DNA of 62,816 nt, the filler included, from Basidiobolus ranarum (lineage: Eukaryota): NCBI GenBank assembly GCA_040143965.1. It is 19 parts of 19 records of this genome, joined end to end, with 100 filler letters (N's around TTAATTAATTAA, not from the genome) between each part and the next. Parts side by side here need not be neighbours in the genome. Positions count along the whole stretch, not along the records: positions 1 to 3,222 come from JASJQH010002638.1; positions 3,323 to 6,543 come from JASJQH010002639.1; positions 6,644 to 9,863 come from JASJQH010002640.1; positions 9,964 to 13,182 come from JASJQH010002641.1; positions 13,283 to 16,500 come from JASJQH010002642.1; 14 more parts are not named here. One strand, written 5' to 3'. Each line of letters opens with the position of its first letter. Within the stretch, counting starts at the first letter, position 1. A program made the position numbers and the translations under genes. The notes below the pieces were generated by a model. The model searched no databases. It was not told where the DNA came from and worked only from the letters and a program-made list of their open reading frames with translations. Positions 1-13,577 of this stretch are shown one piece after another.

Positions 1-502
1 ATTTTCCGGAGGAGCTCAAATAACGATCATCACTCCGCCTAGGACTTCGATGACGATGGCTGTCAGAACTATCTCTACGAGATCTATGACGACTTGAACT
101 CCGTTTGCGCTCACGCTTATCATAACGATGGTGACGGCTTTCACTACTACGATGTTTGTGGCGATCACCTTCATCTTCGCTGTAACTGCTACGTCTAATA
201 GCAGAAGTGTAGCTAGCGTAAAGTTCTACCTCCTTTTCATAATCAATTTTTAAATTTTTAGCAGGAGGTGATAAAGGTGGCAAAGAAGTATCAACAACTT
301 GACTTGAAGTAGTAGTAGAAGAAAATGGCTGCTCAATGTCAGCAGAATCAGCAAGAGAACGTTTCTTACTAGTTTCCTCCAACTGTTTTACATTATCTTC
401 CATTGTGCTCGCGACGTACGGAGTATCGTCCAGTATTTCCCCTTCCTCAACATCACTCAACACTGAGGTGACATGTCTGTTGCAAGCGGTATCAAGGGCC
501 AT
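1..502 (-). CDS. 5' part of an Arg/Ser-rich nuclear protein, truncated by the contig end; possibly the N-terminus of a PRP4/CDK-like splicing kinase
   Basis: Manual translation of the minus strand from ATG at 502 is open to the window edge: MALDTACNRHVTSVLSDVEEGEIL...DRHKHRSSESRHHRYDKRERKRSSSRHRSRRDSSDSHRHRSPRR. It has an SDxEEGEI motif and an RS-rich tract, and is missing from the ORF track because it has no stop. Confidence 0.6.
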   Translation of the reverse strand, partial: MALDTACNRHVTSVLSDVEEGEILDDTPYVASTMEDNVKQLEETSKKRSLADSADIEQPFSSTTTSSQVVDTSLPPLSPPAKNLKIDYEKEVELYASYTSAIRRSSYSEDEGDRHKHRSSESRHHRYDKRERKRSSSRHRSRRDSSDSHRHRSPRRSDDRYLSSSGK

Positions 503-1333
503 AAGATTCGGATACGATATGTATAGATATGTAAATAGAAATAAGTTGAAAGTTTGAGTTAAATACTAAGTCCACTTCAGTAATTCAGTTGATAGAAATT
601 CTTCAATAAAAAACCAAAAAACTATTCTTTTAAAATAAATCAAATAGAAAACCAAATCTCAAAATAGATTGTTTAACGACTTTTAAAGCTTTGGTATCTT
701 GGTTCAGGGTGTTATTCGTACTGAGACAACTGGTTCGGCCAAATCTTTAGCTCGCTATTTAGAAATTTCTTGAATAATTAGATAGAATCAAACGATAAGA
801 AATAATTATCAACCACAAATTGTATTCAAAAGTGTACCTAAGCGGTGTCTTTTTGTGTATGTCAAGAAAAGAACTCAACAAACGAAGGTGCTCCCTTAGC
901 ATAAAAAAATCGATGATTTAAGAAATTGCTAACTTACTCAATTAATCAGGAATGTCACCAGCATCATCAATATGAACTTTATCTTCTGATCTACCTAGAC
1001 CTTGTCATCATCATACTATGAATAGTAATTTGACAATCTACCAACCAAATCCATACAGAATATGTCCAATCAGTTCATTTCACCTATGGATAGAAATCTA
1101 TATGCACGTACGGATAATTACCGAAAGAATCAGAAAACACTATACCGCAGCTATTATACCAAAGGACTTGAATATATTAAAGAATGTATGGTTCGTATGA
1201 AATAGAGCCAAGATACCGAAGAAAAGTGATTGGCTAAACCAACAAATACCGTGATTGTCCTAAGAAGAAGAGGTCTATATATACTTGCTGTTCGCTAATC
1301 TGTTACCCGCTTGATCACGGTCAATATACTACC

Positions 1334-1720
1334 ATGTTAAATTCACTAAAGCTAGCTCATTTATTTCTCTTTGTCACTCTCTTTATCTCTAGCTTAGTAT
1401 CTGCACGCACATGCCCTCATTTGAAGCTTGAATTACAAGATTCCAACCCAGCCGAATTTCTCAATACGCAAACATATAAATCATATATTGTTTTCTTTAA
1501 ACCTGAGACCGACCTTGACATTGTACGTGAGGCTGAAGAGGATGTTGAATGTTCTGGCGGACTCATAACACATAGATACCGTGCTGGTGTCATCGGGTTT
1601 TCTGCCCAGATTCCCACCGATGCTGTCAATACTTTCTCTACTTCTCCACATGTTCAAGTAGTTGAAGAAGATCAAGAGGTTCATACATTTGACAATAAGA
1701 AACAACAAATGGGATTCTAG
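1334..1720 (+). CDS. Secreted stand-alone peptidase inhibitor I9 (subtilisin-propeptide-like) protein
   Basis: Signal peptide followed by YIVFFK...GGLITHRY...GFSAQIP...PHVQVVEEDQEVH, the Inhibitor_I9 pattern. A stop follows with no S8 domain. TATA-like TATATATA lies at about 1276. Confidence 0.85.
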   Translation: MLNSLKLAHLFLFVTLFISSLVSARTCPHLKLELQDSNPAEFLNTQTYKSYIVFFKPETDLDIVREAEEDVECSGGLITHRYRAGVIGFSAQIPTDAVNTFSTSPHVQVVEEDQEVHTFDNKKQQMGF

Positions 1721-3222
1721 ACAGCTACATATAAACTCTTCGCCATATGGATAAGAGAACCAACATCTTTGAATATATCATCGTTCTACTTGTAACAAAT
1801 TATTGAAATTTCGACCTTTATAAAGCTACATTAAGAAATACTATCTTGTCGATTAATGGATTTGTAATACCTTTACTAGTGTACCAAGGGTTTTTCTGAT
1901 TTCTTTTTGACCAAATGAAACATGTGATTTTGTATTAAGCAGCTAAACACGAAAGGTTAGTGAATAGTAGTATCCATGGTTCGTTTGGGTGCATGTGGCA
2001 ACAATCGAGAGGATACAGTCATGAATGCTGATATATCCAGTGAAAGAGCATTTTTCATCAATACATATTCTCAACCAACAAAGATAATGGCTCTAATTAT
2101 GAATAGAGAGAATATTATTGCTAATATCAAGTAATAACGAACGAAAAGACGATGGAGAAATGGCGTGGATCAATTATTTAACTGATGCGATTGGTAGTCA
2201 TCAACTTCGAGATAAAGTGGCGTTTTCTACTTTATCATGGGAGCATATCTCAAACATTCACTAGCTCACCAGACTGGACTGATGGCTATATCTGTATAAA
2301 GAGATCCCTTTTGTTAGTGGGAAACACAGTTGTAGAATTCTGTAATTAACATTTTTTAAATGGTGAATGATTGGATATAAAATATTCTAAATCGGTTTCT
2401 TGCTAATACAAATGGCTTTGTTTCCGAACTTAATGAAAAAAGTGATACATGGAATAGAAGAACTTCATGTATGACTGGGCTGAGTCGATGACACCGGGTA
2501 CTGCATTTATACTCTTTTGTTGTTCCAGGTGCTCAAGAAATCAAACATAGAGTGTATGGTCTAGGTAGATGGAAGATTAGGGAAATATCTGGACAAGCAG
2601 TGGCTGAACACTTCTAGCAGCCATCAAGAATATACCATTATATTGGGGCACAACTGCTCTTCTCATATTGGAGCCAGATGAACGTCACTTTTATAAAACT
2701 AGTTTAGCATTAACAGCATGTAGCGATTGTAACAAAATTAACTAGAATTCTGACCGTTTATATAGGATTACTCTTATTACAACTCCTAATGAGCATTGAT
2801 ACTCAATACTGAATATTCCGATGGATATACGAGTGCACTAAGAATAAATAATATCCACAGCATCGCACATGAAGCCAGCCATCAACAGCATATATGAATG
2901 TATCAAATTATGACGGTTTGAGTCAACTCACTCGAGATTAAACAGGTAACAGCCTATATCCCGCATTCATCTACATTTTAAATTGTGACCAATCTAATAC
3001 ACATACACATACACACACACTTACATGAGCAACATATATAATTGGCTATCTCTATTATTGAGTGATGCGAAGCGAAGATTTATTATCTTCCTCCGCCAAT
3101 GGGGCCTGCTCATTGACCAGATCGAGCTGCGGTCTTCTGATGTTACATTTATTAAGAATATCTCTCAGATATCACGAGGGCTCGTAGTATTACCAGAAGT
3201 CACTCTTCCCGAATCAATTTAA

Positions 3223-3322
3223 NNNNNNNNNNNNNNNNNNNNNNNNNNNNNNNNNNNNNNNNNNNNTTAATTAATTAANNNNNNNNNNNNNNNNNNNNNN
3301 NNNNNNNNNNNNNNNNNNNNNN
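3223..3322. other. Artificial contig linker N44-TTAATTAATTAA-N44 (first of 18, recurring every ~3.3 kb up to 59516-59615)
   Basis: Identical 100-bp spacer with stops in all six frames; segment lengths never increase along the window. Confidence 0.98.
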
Positions 3323-6300
3323 ATCAATATTTTAACATGTATGAATACCGCCAAGATACCGTCAAGAAACCGCCGTCACACCATCAAAATCCCTGGCAGA
3401 ATGCAAGCCAACAATATTGTGACGGTTCTCTGATGGTTTTGCTATTTCGGAGGGTGGATCCAATCCGGATCAAATCGATTTTATTTTTGTTAGGGAGTCA
3501 GTACCTCTATAATTGGACTAGATTGCTTGTGTGATAATCTGACAGTACTTTTAGGAAAGCTGCAAGACAGACTTCTTGGTGAGATAGATCAAGATATGCA
3601 GTATTAATGTTTTAGCCATGGGGTAATCTATTCAAGCAGTGGCACATCTACTTGTGGCAGGACATTTGTTGACTGCAAGTTGGGGATATATCGGCCGAAT
3701 TCTTTACAGAAACCTGCCAAAATTCAAGAGCTTATTCTCATTGTGAATGGTAACAAGAGTCAGCTATTTGCCAATTGTCAGTGCTATTCAAAGTTTCAGA
3801 TGTTTAGCAATTTTTTCATAGTTAGTTTGCTGGTAAAGCATACTGATGTTATTGAGTTATATATAATCAGTCAAGTATGTGCATATGTAGAGATTAAACA
3901 CAATGAGATTCTTGTATTTTTTGATTCTCATTATGTCTGGAATACAAAGCCTAAAATATCTAAATAAAGGCATGCATATTAAATCAAATTCCTACAGCAG
4001 TAAACCCAGTAGTTTGCCATTTGAAAATTATATTTTAGCAAAAATTGCCAGATATTGAATAATGTATGCCAATTTGAGGATCAATATTTTAACATGTAGG
4101 AATACTGTCAAAATACCTTCAAGAAACTGCAGTCACATCATCAAAATCCCTGGCAGAAAGCAAGCTAATGATATTTTGACGGTTCTCTGATGGTTTTGCT
4201 CTTCCAGAGGGTGGATCTGATCCAGATCAAGTTGATTTTATTTTTGTTGGGTATCAAAATCCACTCATCTAGGCATTTATTCAAATGCTAAGACTGGAAG
4301 TATTGGATTTGTATATATTCAAGTGGAGTTTTGAAAAGATTTCTGCCTGATAAGTATTGCCAACCTTGGGAGTTGTTTGTGAATATTGTTAATTTATTCT
4401 TACAGCATCAACTCACATGGGCAGATATGAGGCAGATACAGCAACTGTGCAAAGATCTTGTAATTGGATATGAAAAACTTTATTACAGGTTTAAAGAAGA
4501 GAGTCTGAGTCTATGCCAGTATTGAATATATACCATAAAGAAACCACCATTACACCATCAAAATCCCTGGCAGAGCACAAGCCACCATTTTTGTGATGGT
4601 TCTCTCACAGTTTTGCTATTTCAGAGGATGGATCTGATCTGGATCATATCAATTTTATTTTTGTTAGAGGGTATTAATTGGTTCTCTTACACTTTACAGG
4701 ATTGTAGATAGCTGTTTGGAGTCTTTGATTGCGGAATTTAAACAATTATCCAATGGGTTCAGATAGGTGAATAATTTATTTGAGCTAATATCATTGTATG
4801 TATTGGTGACACTCCTGCCATCAGCATACTTGAAGATTTTTGCAGGAACCATGCACTATCTTGATGCAAATTTTATCAAATCAATGGAGTCTACTCTATC
4901 AGGCATATGCATTACTACTATCCTAATACAAAACTAAACTCATATTCTTACCATCAAGAGCCCATTCCGATTTCAATATGATCACTGATATCAATTCACC
5001 AAACAGTCAGTCCGGCATCAAACTTGGTATTAGCTGTATGCCTAAGATTATATTGGTAAAGAGGATCATTTGGAGACAGAGCTTCCCATAAAGTACTATG
5101 CACTTACTATTCAGCAACATTCCAATATTACTTACTCAGCTATATATTGGAAAATTCTATATGAATGAGCCATTTGAGGTAGGATCAAAGTTTGTATTGA
5201 TTGGGAAGATGCTTGAAAATGTCAAGATATCATTGTATTATACCAGGATCTGCATCAATATCCGCTCATCTAGGCATTTGTTCAAATGCAATGGCTACAA
5301 GTATTGGATTTGTATATATTCAAGTGGAATGTTGAAAAGATTTCTGCCTGATAAGTATTGGCAAGATTGGGAGTTATTTCTGTATATTGGTAATATACTG
5401 TTATGGCAGCACCTCAAATTGGCAGATCTCAGGCAGACACAGTGACTATGCAAAAATTTTGCAATTGGATCTGAAGAACTTTATTACAGGTTCAAAGAAG
5501 AGAGTCTAAATCTGTGCCAGTATTTAATACATTTCCTGCTGCATCTTTCACAATGCTTTGAGATTTTAGGCCATTGCTATACATTCTGGGAGTTCCCAAT
5601 GGAGTGCACCTGTGGTGAAATGATGCTCCATGTGAAATCATCAGTATTACCATATGCTGATCTGATTAACAATGTGTCATCAAAATCAGCAATGGATGTA
5701 ATGCAATGGGTTAAGGAGACTCTGGAGTATACCAACCTTCCAACAAAGGGCTCTTTTCAATGTGCTCATGGGCTGTCATATTGTTTGGGCACAACAACAG
5801 CAACAAAGCCAAATCCATGGATACAGAGTAAGTACCTTTATAATTTGGACTAATTTGTTAGTGTAATAATATGATGGCATTTCAAGGAAAGCTGCAAGAC
5901 AGATTTTGTGTTGAAGTAGATTGAGATACACAGTATTATTGTTTTAACCATGTTGTAATCTATTAAAGCAATGACACATCTGCTTGTGGCAGGCCATTTG
6001 TTGACCACAAGTTGGGGATACATTGGCTGAATTCTTTACAGAAACTTGCCCAAATCCAAGAACTTATGCTCATTGTGAATGGTAACAAGAGTCAGGTATT
6101 TGCCAAGTGTCAGTACTATTCAAAATTTCTGAAGTTTAGCAATTTTTCCACCATTAGTTTGTGGCTAAAGCATATTGATGTTGTTGAGTTATGTCTGATC
6201 CATCAAGTATGCACATATGTAGAGACCAAACATAACTAGATTCTTGTATTTTTTGATTCTTATTACAGCTGGAATACAAAGCCAAAAATATCTAAATAAA

Positions 6301-6543
6301 GGCATGCATATTTATTCAAATTCCTACAGCAGTAAACCTAATAATTTGCGATTTGAAAACTATATTTTTGCAAAAATTGCCTGAAATTTATAGCACATGC
6401 CAAATATGAGGATCAATATTTTAACATGTATGAATACCAACAAAATACTGTCAAGAAGCCACCATCACACCATCAATATCCCTGGCAGAATGCAAGCCAC
6501 CAATGTTGTGAGGGTTCTCTGACAGGTTTGCAATTAGAAGGGT
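3323..6543 (+). mobile_element. Degenerate CACTA/EnSpm-like DNA transposon copies (transposase pseudogene ~4700-5850 plus duplicated 3' region)
   Basis: GDTPAIS..F...HALS*CKF at ~4805, MHLLFSNIP, and HFLLHLSQCFEILG..YTFWEFPME (DUF4218-like). Internal direct repeats 3500-4250 vs 5820-6543 and 4260-4520 vs 5260-5520. Many stops. Confidence 0.7.
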
Positions 6544-9045
6544 NNNNNNNNNNNNNNNNNNNNNNNNNNNNNNNNNNNNNNNNNNNNTTAATTAATTAAN
6601 NNNNNNNNNNNNNNNNNNNNNNNNNNNNNNNNNNNNNNNNNNNGGTGCTGTGTAATAAATATCCAGTATGCAGAAAATCGTCGATACATCGGATCCCCAT
6701 ATACACCAAGTCTAGACCAGGCCGATTCTCTTGATCATTCAATTCTGGATGTATCTTGTGATAATACTCAACTTTGTGTGCAGCATTCATCAATTCGGTA
6801 TCATGTGAATCTTCAAAATGGGTTAGCGAGAATTCTTTCTCGATTTCCCTAATATTGATAGTAACTCAATGTACTTGTAGTGCAAATTCCTAAATATACA
6901 TAGGGCTAACTCGACTAGTCGTCATAATTGGTACAATTTGGTGGGCAGGCGCTTATAGGCTAGAGGGATTCCAGGTTCTTGCCGATGCTATTTTTGAAGA
7001 GTCACAGTTGGTGAGCTATCTTTAAGGCGTGAGCTATATGGGCATAGTGGCCCATTCGCCTGGTGGCTGGCTTTGGGTATGTTGTGGTTCCAATCACACA
7101 TGTTTGAATGTATTACCAGATATACATTTGTGCATGTTTCAACTGTAAATACGATGCTGGCGAGTCAAGTCAGCTCACGTGAGATGCAAGGTATTTATTG
7201 AGCGTTCACCTGAAACTAAGAACCTTCCTACATCTTGCCTCTACAACCAATGTTTCTTCACTTCTCAACAGTAATACTAAGTTTCAGGATGCGGGCATAA
7301 GCTTAGCCATCTTAATCGAATATTTTATCTTTTGATCCATTTTAAGCATCGCAACCATTCAGATGTTCATTGTTGCATTGCCAAACCTAATTAGGTGAAT
7401 ACACGCCATTATATAAATTATCCTCATACTGACATGAAAGTGGTAGCTTAATGTGGTCACATTTAATGCCATCATCTGAGTTCGGTAGTTTACACTCTCG
7501 TGTTGTAACACATGCCTTTATCATCTGAACATTGGTGGCTCTATCTTCAGAGTTACGGTGTAATTGCTACATTGCCAGTAATGAGCATAGGCCGTATAGC
7601 TCTTCACTCGAGGCAACTTTCATATTCAGACCAGTTCCTTTTGTTACTCCTGGGCTGTGAACACTTATCAATCATGGGTAAGTTAGTCACCACACCCAGG
7701 TGCGAAAGGCACTTGCAGCAGGGTTCATCATAGTGACAGTACCATGATTCACAGTCAGAGCCAGTACCAGCTCTGATGACCATTGGAAGCATAGCCGTAC
7801 AGTTCTTCGTGGAATTTAAGCTATGGTTCCACGAACCATTCTCATCCCTGGTTCAATATGAACATATCTAACATTCAATTCTGCATTGTATTGGATTCAG
7901 TTAATAGTGGTTATCCCTGTATTAGGCCAGAGTAATCCCAATCTGAGATTATCACACCATATAGTGATTTCATACTATTTCTAAGTATGACTTGCTCACC
8001 TTGCTCATGTAACTAACTTGCCAGTGTATGACCTCATACTACTTGATAGATGCTCAAGCCAGACTACAGATATCCACTTATGCACCTTTGGCATAAAATC
8101 AGCCAAACAACAGGTAAATGTTACATTGAAACGAAATATCTGACGCCTACCGACCAAATGTATAGTAGATTTATCGTAGGGACTTTTTATTCATTGCTAT
8201 TCTGCGAGTGATGAGGCGAAGTATGGAAATGTCAACATGCTTTAATAGCTTAGCAGCTCATCTCCGATGTTTGCCAATAAAGTAATGAATTGACAATTAT
8301 GTCGCATAATGTAGCACTCCTGGATAAGCTATTTGTTATCAATAGCGCTTAATGTACAGTAGAGAGTTCAATTTGAAACACGAATGGATTGATCTGTGCT
8401 ACGTAGCTTGCTGCCATATATTGAATCTTCGACAGGGTAGTTTCAATCATGTAAGGTACAATTTGGCTGAAAACCCATTTCCCAGAAAGATTGGTTTCGA
8501 GGGGCGTTAGCTAGTTACTTAGCCTAAAAGTAGACAACATTTAACTTTGTAAATCGGATTGACTACTCGATAACATCCCTTTACGAGCAATTTGATTTCA
8601 TTCTGGTGAGTGATATAGAATTGGTATTTTCAATGAACAATTTTGCATCCAATAGTGTGATTAGCGTTTACATGGCCTATCTCTGTAACGCTGTTACTGT
8701 GTCTAGAAAATATGTCTGAAGCATTGGATTCTTGACGAGGTCACCGTATTCTGGAAAATCTAAGACCAAGGTATATGCTAGTTGCATCCATCACGTTTTG
8801 ACATAGAAAACACCAAGAATCTGATGGCCACTTCCATTGGATTCTTAAAACATCAGAATTGTTGATGGCTGGAATGAAGCCTTAGAGCAACCAACCTGTG
8901 TACTTCATTTAAGAATGCCAATCAAGTTGCTAGCCAGTAGAATCTGCCATTCCTACCGAAGATGTAATTCATATTGTGCAGGCATACAGAGGTTCTAATG
9001 AAATTCTAGTATCAACTCATATAGTTGTTTAAGTATTTGGGAGCC

Positions 9046-9355
9046 TGTTGGAAGTGGTTTGGAGAATTAGAGAATTTGGTGGTTTTCACTTATTGATTTC
9101 TTAAGTATTCAGTCGATATTTATACTTTTGTCTAGATATAAACAAACTAACGTGTAGAATGTGTTAAGGAAGGTCCCAGGAACATGTGTGCAAAGTTTAG
9201 GGCTTCTAGCACAAGTTTCAAAAAATCTTCATATCTTCAAGCTTCTAAGTAAATTCCGATATCAAATAATGAATCATATTTTAGTTCAATATAAGATAAC
9301 TAAATACCAAGCTATATATGACTATATAGGTGTTTAGGCAATGCTAATTTCAACA
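9046..9355 (-). mobile_element. LTR, family B (copia-associated)
   Basis: TGTTG...CAACA termini. Related copies at 23235-23490 and 29863-30140 (the latter followed by gag), and a new copy starting at 9848. Confidence 0.7.
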
Positions 9356-9963
9356 ATAGTATCTTTTATCAAACTTTAACAAGCTGGTAATAGCTCTAAT
9401 TGAATAATGTGTGCAGATAATAGTATATCGAAGGTTGCGGTTTCTCCCAATGCCTGGGAAGCATTTTTTAATTTGCAATTCTTAGTTGTGAGACAAACAA
9501 ACCTCAAGTATTAAAATATCAATTCACATTTTGTACAACATTGTATTTATCAAACAAGAGATGTCTAATATGGACATATTTCCTTCTTCTGTATTGAATA
9601 AATAGATTTAAATAAGGCTAATTTAACATTGATTTCATATTTTTCACTCTGTTATAGCTTTTACTGTAGTATATGTATAAAATATTTATGAGAAGAATGA
9701 TGCGTTTCAAATTGGATTAAACGGAAGTAGCCGCACAGTGTAGAAACATTTGTAATTGTGTAGCGGCGAAAAGCAATGTATTTGCAAGCCATATGGAGTA
9801 AGCATTGTTATCCAGTGATAAAATAACACAAAAGAGTCACTAGTTTCTGTTGAAATTAGCATANNNNNNNNNNNNNNNNNNNNNNNNNNNNNNNNNNNNN
9901 NNNNNNNTTAATTAATTAANNNNNNNNNNNNNNNNNNNNNNNNNNNNNNNNNNNNNNNNNNNN

Positions 9964-12900
9964 GTTGGAAGCAACTAGTCAACAGTTAGAGAGTCACTCA
10001 ACAATAATACAAGACCATCAGAATGCTGTACTTGAGCTACAGCAACATGCTGCTCCCTCCATCTAGTCTCATACATGATTTCAATCAATCTCACATGATA
10101 CATATCAATGTCACTTGGACAATCAAGCCAAGCAGAATATGTGTTTGACCATTAAGCCTTCACAACAGCCCAAAATTGCTTGACAAATGAAAGTAGTAAT
10201 CTCATAGGGAAACTAAATATCAAAAAACACTGAATTTCAAAGCTGCTGTCACTTGTTCTGATGATGAGTGGTTCAACATTTGGAAAGTGTGTGGAATGTT
10301 GCCCAAAATCACCTTGATTTGAGCCAATTGTGGAAAAACCAGAGATCAGGCATTACTCTGAAGGTTCTTGACTTAATTCATGTGGCTTATCCTGGGTTTT
10401 AGAAAGCAAATGGCAATTGGGATAGTATAGGCCTATTCATGAAATATCTCAAAAGTGTATGCAATTATTGACTTGGAAAGAAAGAAAAGCAGCTAAAGAG
10501 GTACCCAAGGACCAGGAGATTAGTAAACACAAGGAAAAGCAAAGGGGACAGTGAATTTGGAGTCTATTGCACCTCTTATTGTATTTTTTACGCTATGACA
10601 AAGCTCTGTTTTTCCAGAGTCAGACATGTCAGCAGATATACTGGCAAAAAGGCTTAATTATACCATGGAACCAAGTACACCAGCCGGAAGAGTGCTGTAT
10701 TTGGAGGTTTATCCAATAACATGCTGGAAACTAATTCAAGTAATAATGAAGCATTGATCAACTTACCAGATATGCTCCTTTCCAGCAATAGTGAAGGTGA
10801 AGAGATTGTAATCCCCCAATTATGTAGTAAATCAATAGTTGAATAAAGCTCAACAGAAACCCTGTCAGGACCATCAACTTCCAAAATGGCTACTTTGCCA
10901 ACTATTGAACATCCCTCCAAAAATATTTGGATAGAACTATAAAAACAAGGAAATCTCATGCAGAAATTGATAATGATTGGTATGCAATCATAAGTAAAAA
11001 CTAAAGAGTTGCTAAACAGGCCATGACAAGCAACAATGCCACAATATTGTATTAATGCAGTGCTCTGAAGCAATAGGGTAACAGTTAGACAGTCACTTGA
11101 AAATGATACAATACCATCAGAATGCAGTACATGAGCAACAGCAACATGGTGCTCCCTCTCTCCATTCTCATATGGGAATTCAATTAGTCCCACACCATAC
11201 ATATTAACATCTCCATGACAATCTAGCAGAGCAGAATATGTGTTGGACCCATAAGCCTACACAATGACCCAAAACTGCTTGGGCACATGAAGGTAGATAT
11301 CTCATAGAAAAGCCAGCAAACCAAAAGACTCAGAATGTCAGAGCTGCTGTCACTTGCTTGGATGATGAGTGGTTTAACCTTTTGGAAACAGTGCAGAATC
11401 TTGCCCAAAATCACCTTGATTTGAGCCAATTGTGGAATTACCAAAAACCAGGTGATACTCTGAAGGTTCCTAACTTTTTTACGTAGCTTATCCTGGGTTT
11501 TTGCAAGCAAATGGCTACTGGGCTAGTATAGGCCTATTCATGAAGCATCTGAAAAATGTACACAATTATTGACTTGTGTTGGAAAGAAAACCAGCTAAAT
11601 AAGTACTCCTGGAGCAGGAGGTCAGTAAACCCAAGAGAAAAACAATGGAACCAGTGAGTTCAGGCTCTACTCTCCCACTTAGCAAATTCTTCATATCATT
11701 ACAAAGATCTGTATTCCCAATGTGAGATATACTGGCAAAAGCTTAATTTTACCATGGAATCAGGTACACCAGTTGGAAGAGTGCTAAATTTGGAATTTGG
11801 TCCAACACCTGGCACCTCTCAGCAAGCCAAAAAGTCAGCAAATAAAACTCATGGCTCTCCAACCTCAACTGGTACTTTCCATAGAGTTCAGTTATCACCA
11901 AGCTTAAAAGCAAGCAAAAAGGCACATAAGCACCACAAAGCACCCTTAGTAGTGTCACACTACTGAGATATATAGAGTACTAAAAGTGCTTGGGGAGTAT
12001 TTTCAAAAGTATGAAGGGAAAAAAGCAGTGGAAGCATGCAGAAAGTGGATTCAGAAGAAGAACATTCAACTTGACATTCAGTCTGGTGTTGACCATGCAG
12101 ATATCTGTGAAGAACTTAACACAGAGTGGCACAATATTGCAGGGTATCTACCAGATAGCTGGAGGAATGTTGACTCAGTGATGTTAATACAATGGTGAGC
12201 TTTGAAGGATATATTGATACAAACTTGTATTGAATAAGTGCTAAATCTTTGGTATGAACAACTATATTGAAATATTCAGGCAAATATATCAAAGAAACTA
12301 GTGATTATGTAGTTGTCAAGTTAGCATTCAAGTGGTAAATGTGTAAATTTGAGTTATATTTTTTGCATATGTGTTGTTCCACAGTTCTCTGAGATTGTAG
12401 CCAATCATATGCAACTTCTTTGCCTATCTAGAATTTTGACTCTTGAAACTGAAAAAATTGATTGAAAGCCTATCTAACTTGGCAATTTTATGAATATTAT
12501 GACAGTAAGTAAATGGTCAGTCCAAAATTGTTTGCAATTGTGATGGTATTTCTGAAATATTAATCCTCATATTTCTGTCAGGGCACACCAGTACCTGCCT
12601 GCTCACTAGCCTCTAGGCTCTGCTTTCCCTACTTGTCCAGTTCCTTATTGTGACAGAAACTAGAGATTTCAAAGGTGAGAAATTAGTGTTCAAGTTGTAA
12701 ATGTGCAAAATTTGGTTTAGCAGCATTTAGCTTGTCTTTGAGTTTGGGGCTAATTTTGACACATTTGAAGTTCCAGTTGAGGTTGGAGAGCCTGTACTTC
12801 TGTTTGCTGATATTTTGGTTTTATGAGCTATGTAAGGTGTTGGATAAACTTCCAACTGTTGAACTCTTCTAACTGGTGCACTGAGTTCATGGCAAAATTG

Positions 12901-13075
12901 TGCCCTTTTGCCAGTATTTTTGACTCCAGAAATACAGATTGTTGTAAAAACATAAAGACTTTAGTAAGTTGGACAGTTGAACACTAATTTGTCACCATTG
13001 AAATTCCTAGTTTCTTTGATATATTCTCCTGAATATTTTTATAGAGTTCTTCATACCCAAAGCTTAGCTCATATC
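9964..13075. repeat. Unclassified degenerate TE-derived repeat family, internally duplicated
   Basis: 9980-10690 is similar to 11080-11800; 11500-12470 is similar to the reverse complement of 32100-32940; 12770-12950 is an inverted copy of ~11700-11880. Almost no CpG. Confidence 0.7.
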
Positions 13076-13182
13076 TGATAAAAGTGTTTAGGGGATTTGG
13101 AAGTGTTTTGGACAAGATTTGGATTTGTGAATTAGACACTTAAGTTTTATTGAATTGAATATGTCCTATTTATAGTTTACTA
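13076..13182 (-). mobile_element. Partial LTR, family A (copia)
   Basis: TGATAAAAGTGTTTAGGGGATTTGG... also occurs at 20628, 23045, 35606 and 36092, and as the reverse complement ending at ~28295, ~28523 and ~34585. Confidence 0.75.
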
Positions 13183-13577
13183 NNNNNNNNNNNNNNNNNN
13201 NNNNNNNNNNNNNNNNNNNNNNNNNNTTAATTAATTAANNNNNNNNNNNNNNNNNNNNNNNNNNNNNNNNNNNNNNNNNNNNTCCAGAAGCTAAAATGTA
13301 CTCTTCATGGTTTATTAAATGATTGAGCTTTCGTATGGATACCATAGTTCGTGTGAATATCAGGAACTCTCCAATCAGTAGACTCATTAGTATTATCTGA
13401 GTTTTACAAGCTTATCTAAGAGCGTGTGATCAATCTAAATAATCAAATGACGCTACATTTTTTACAATATTCGGTTGCCTAGAGTCGAAACCACAATGGT
13501 TGGCTAAACATTGCCAAGATTAAGAAGATATTGGAAATCAGATTCAGTATTATTGATTTTCACACCCAAACTGTGAT

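Noticed and set aside
7450-7830. Cys-rich minus-strand frame (DCESWYCHYDEPCCKC) as a secreted-protein gene
   Set aside because: It is interrupted by stops and frameshifts, with no signal peptide or family motif I can support; at most a pseudogene.
8690-8830. Kinase-like snippet YTLVLDFPEYGDL on the minus strand
   Set aside because: No HRD/DFG or other kinase motifs nearby; too short to call.
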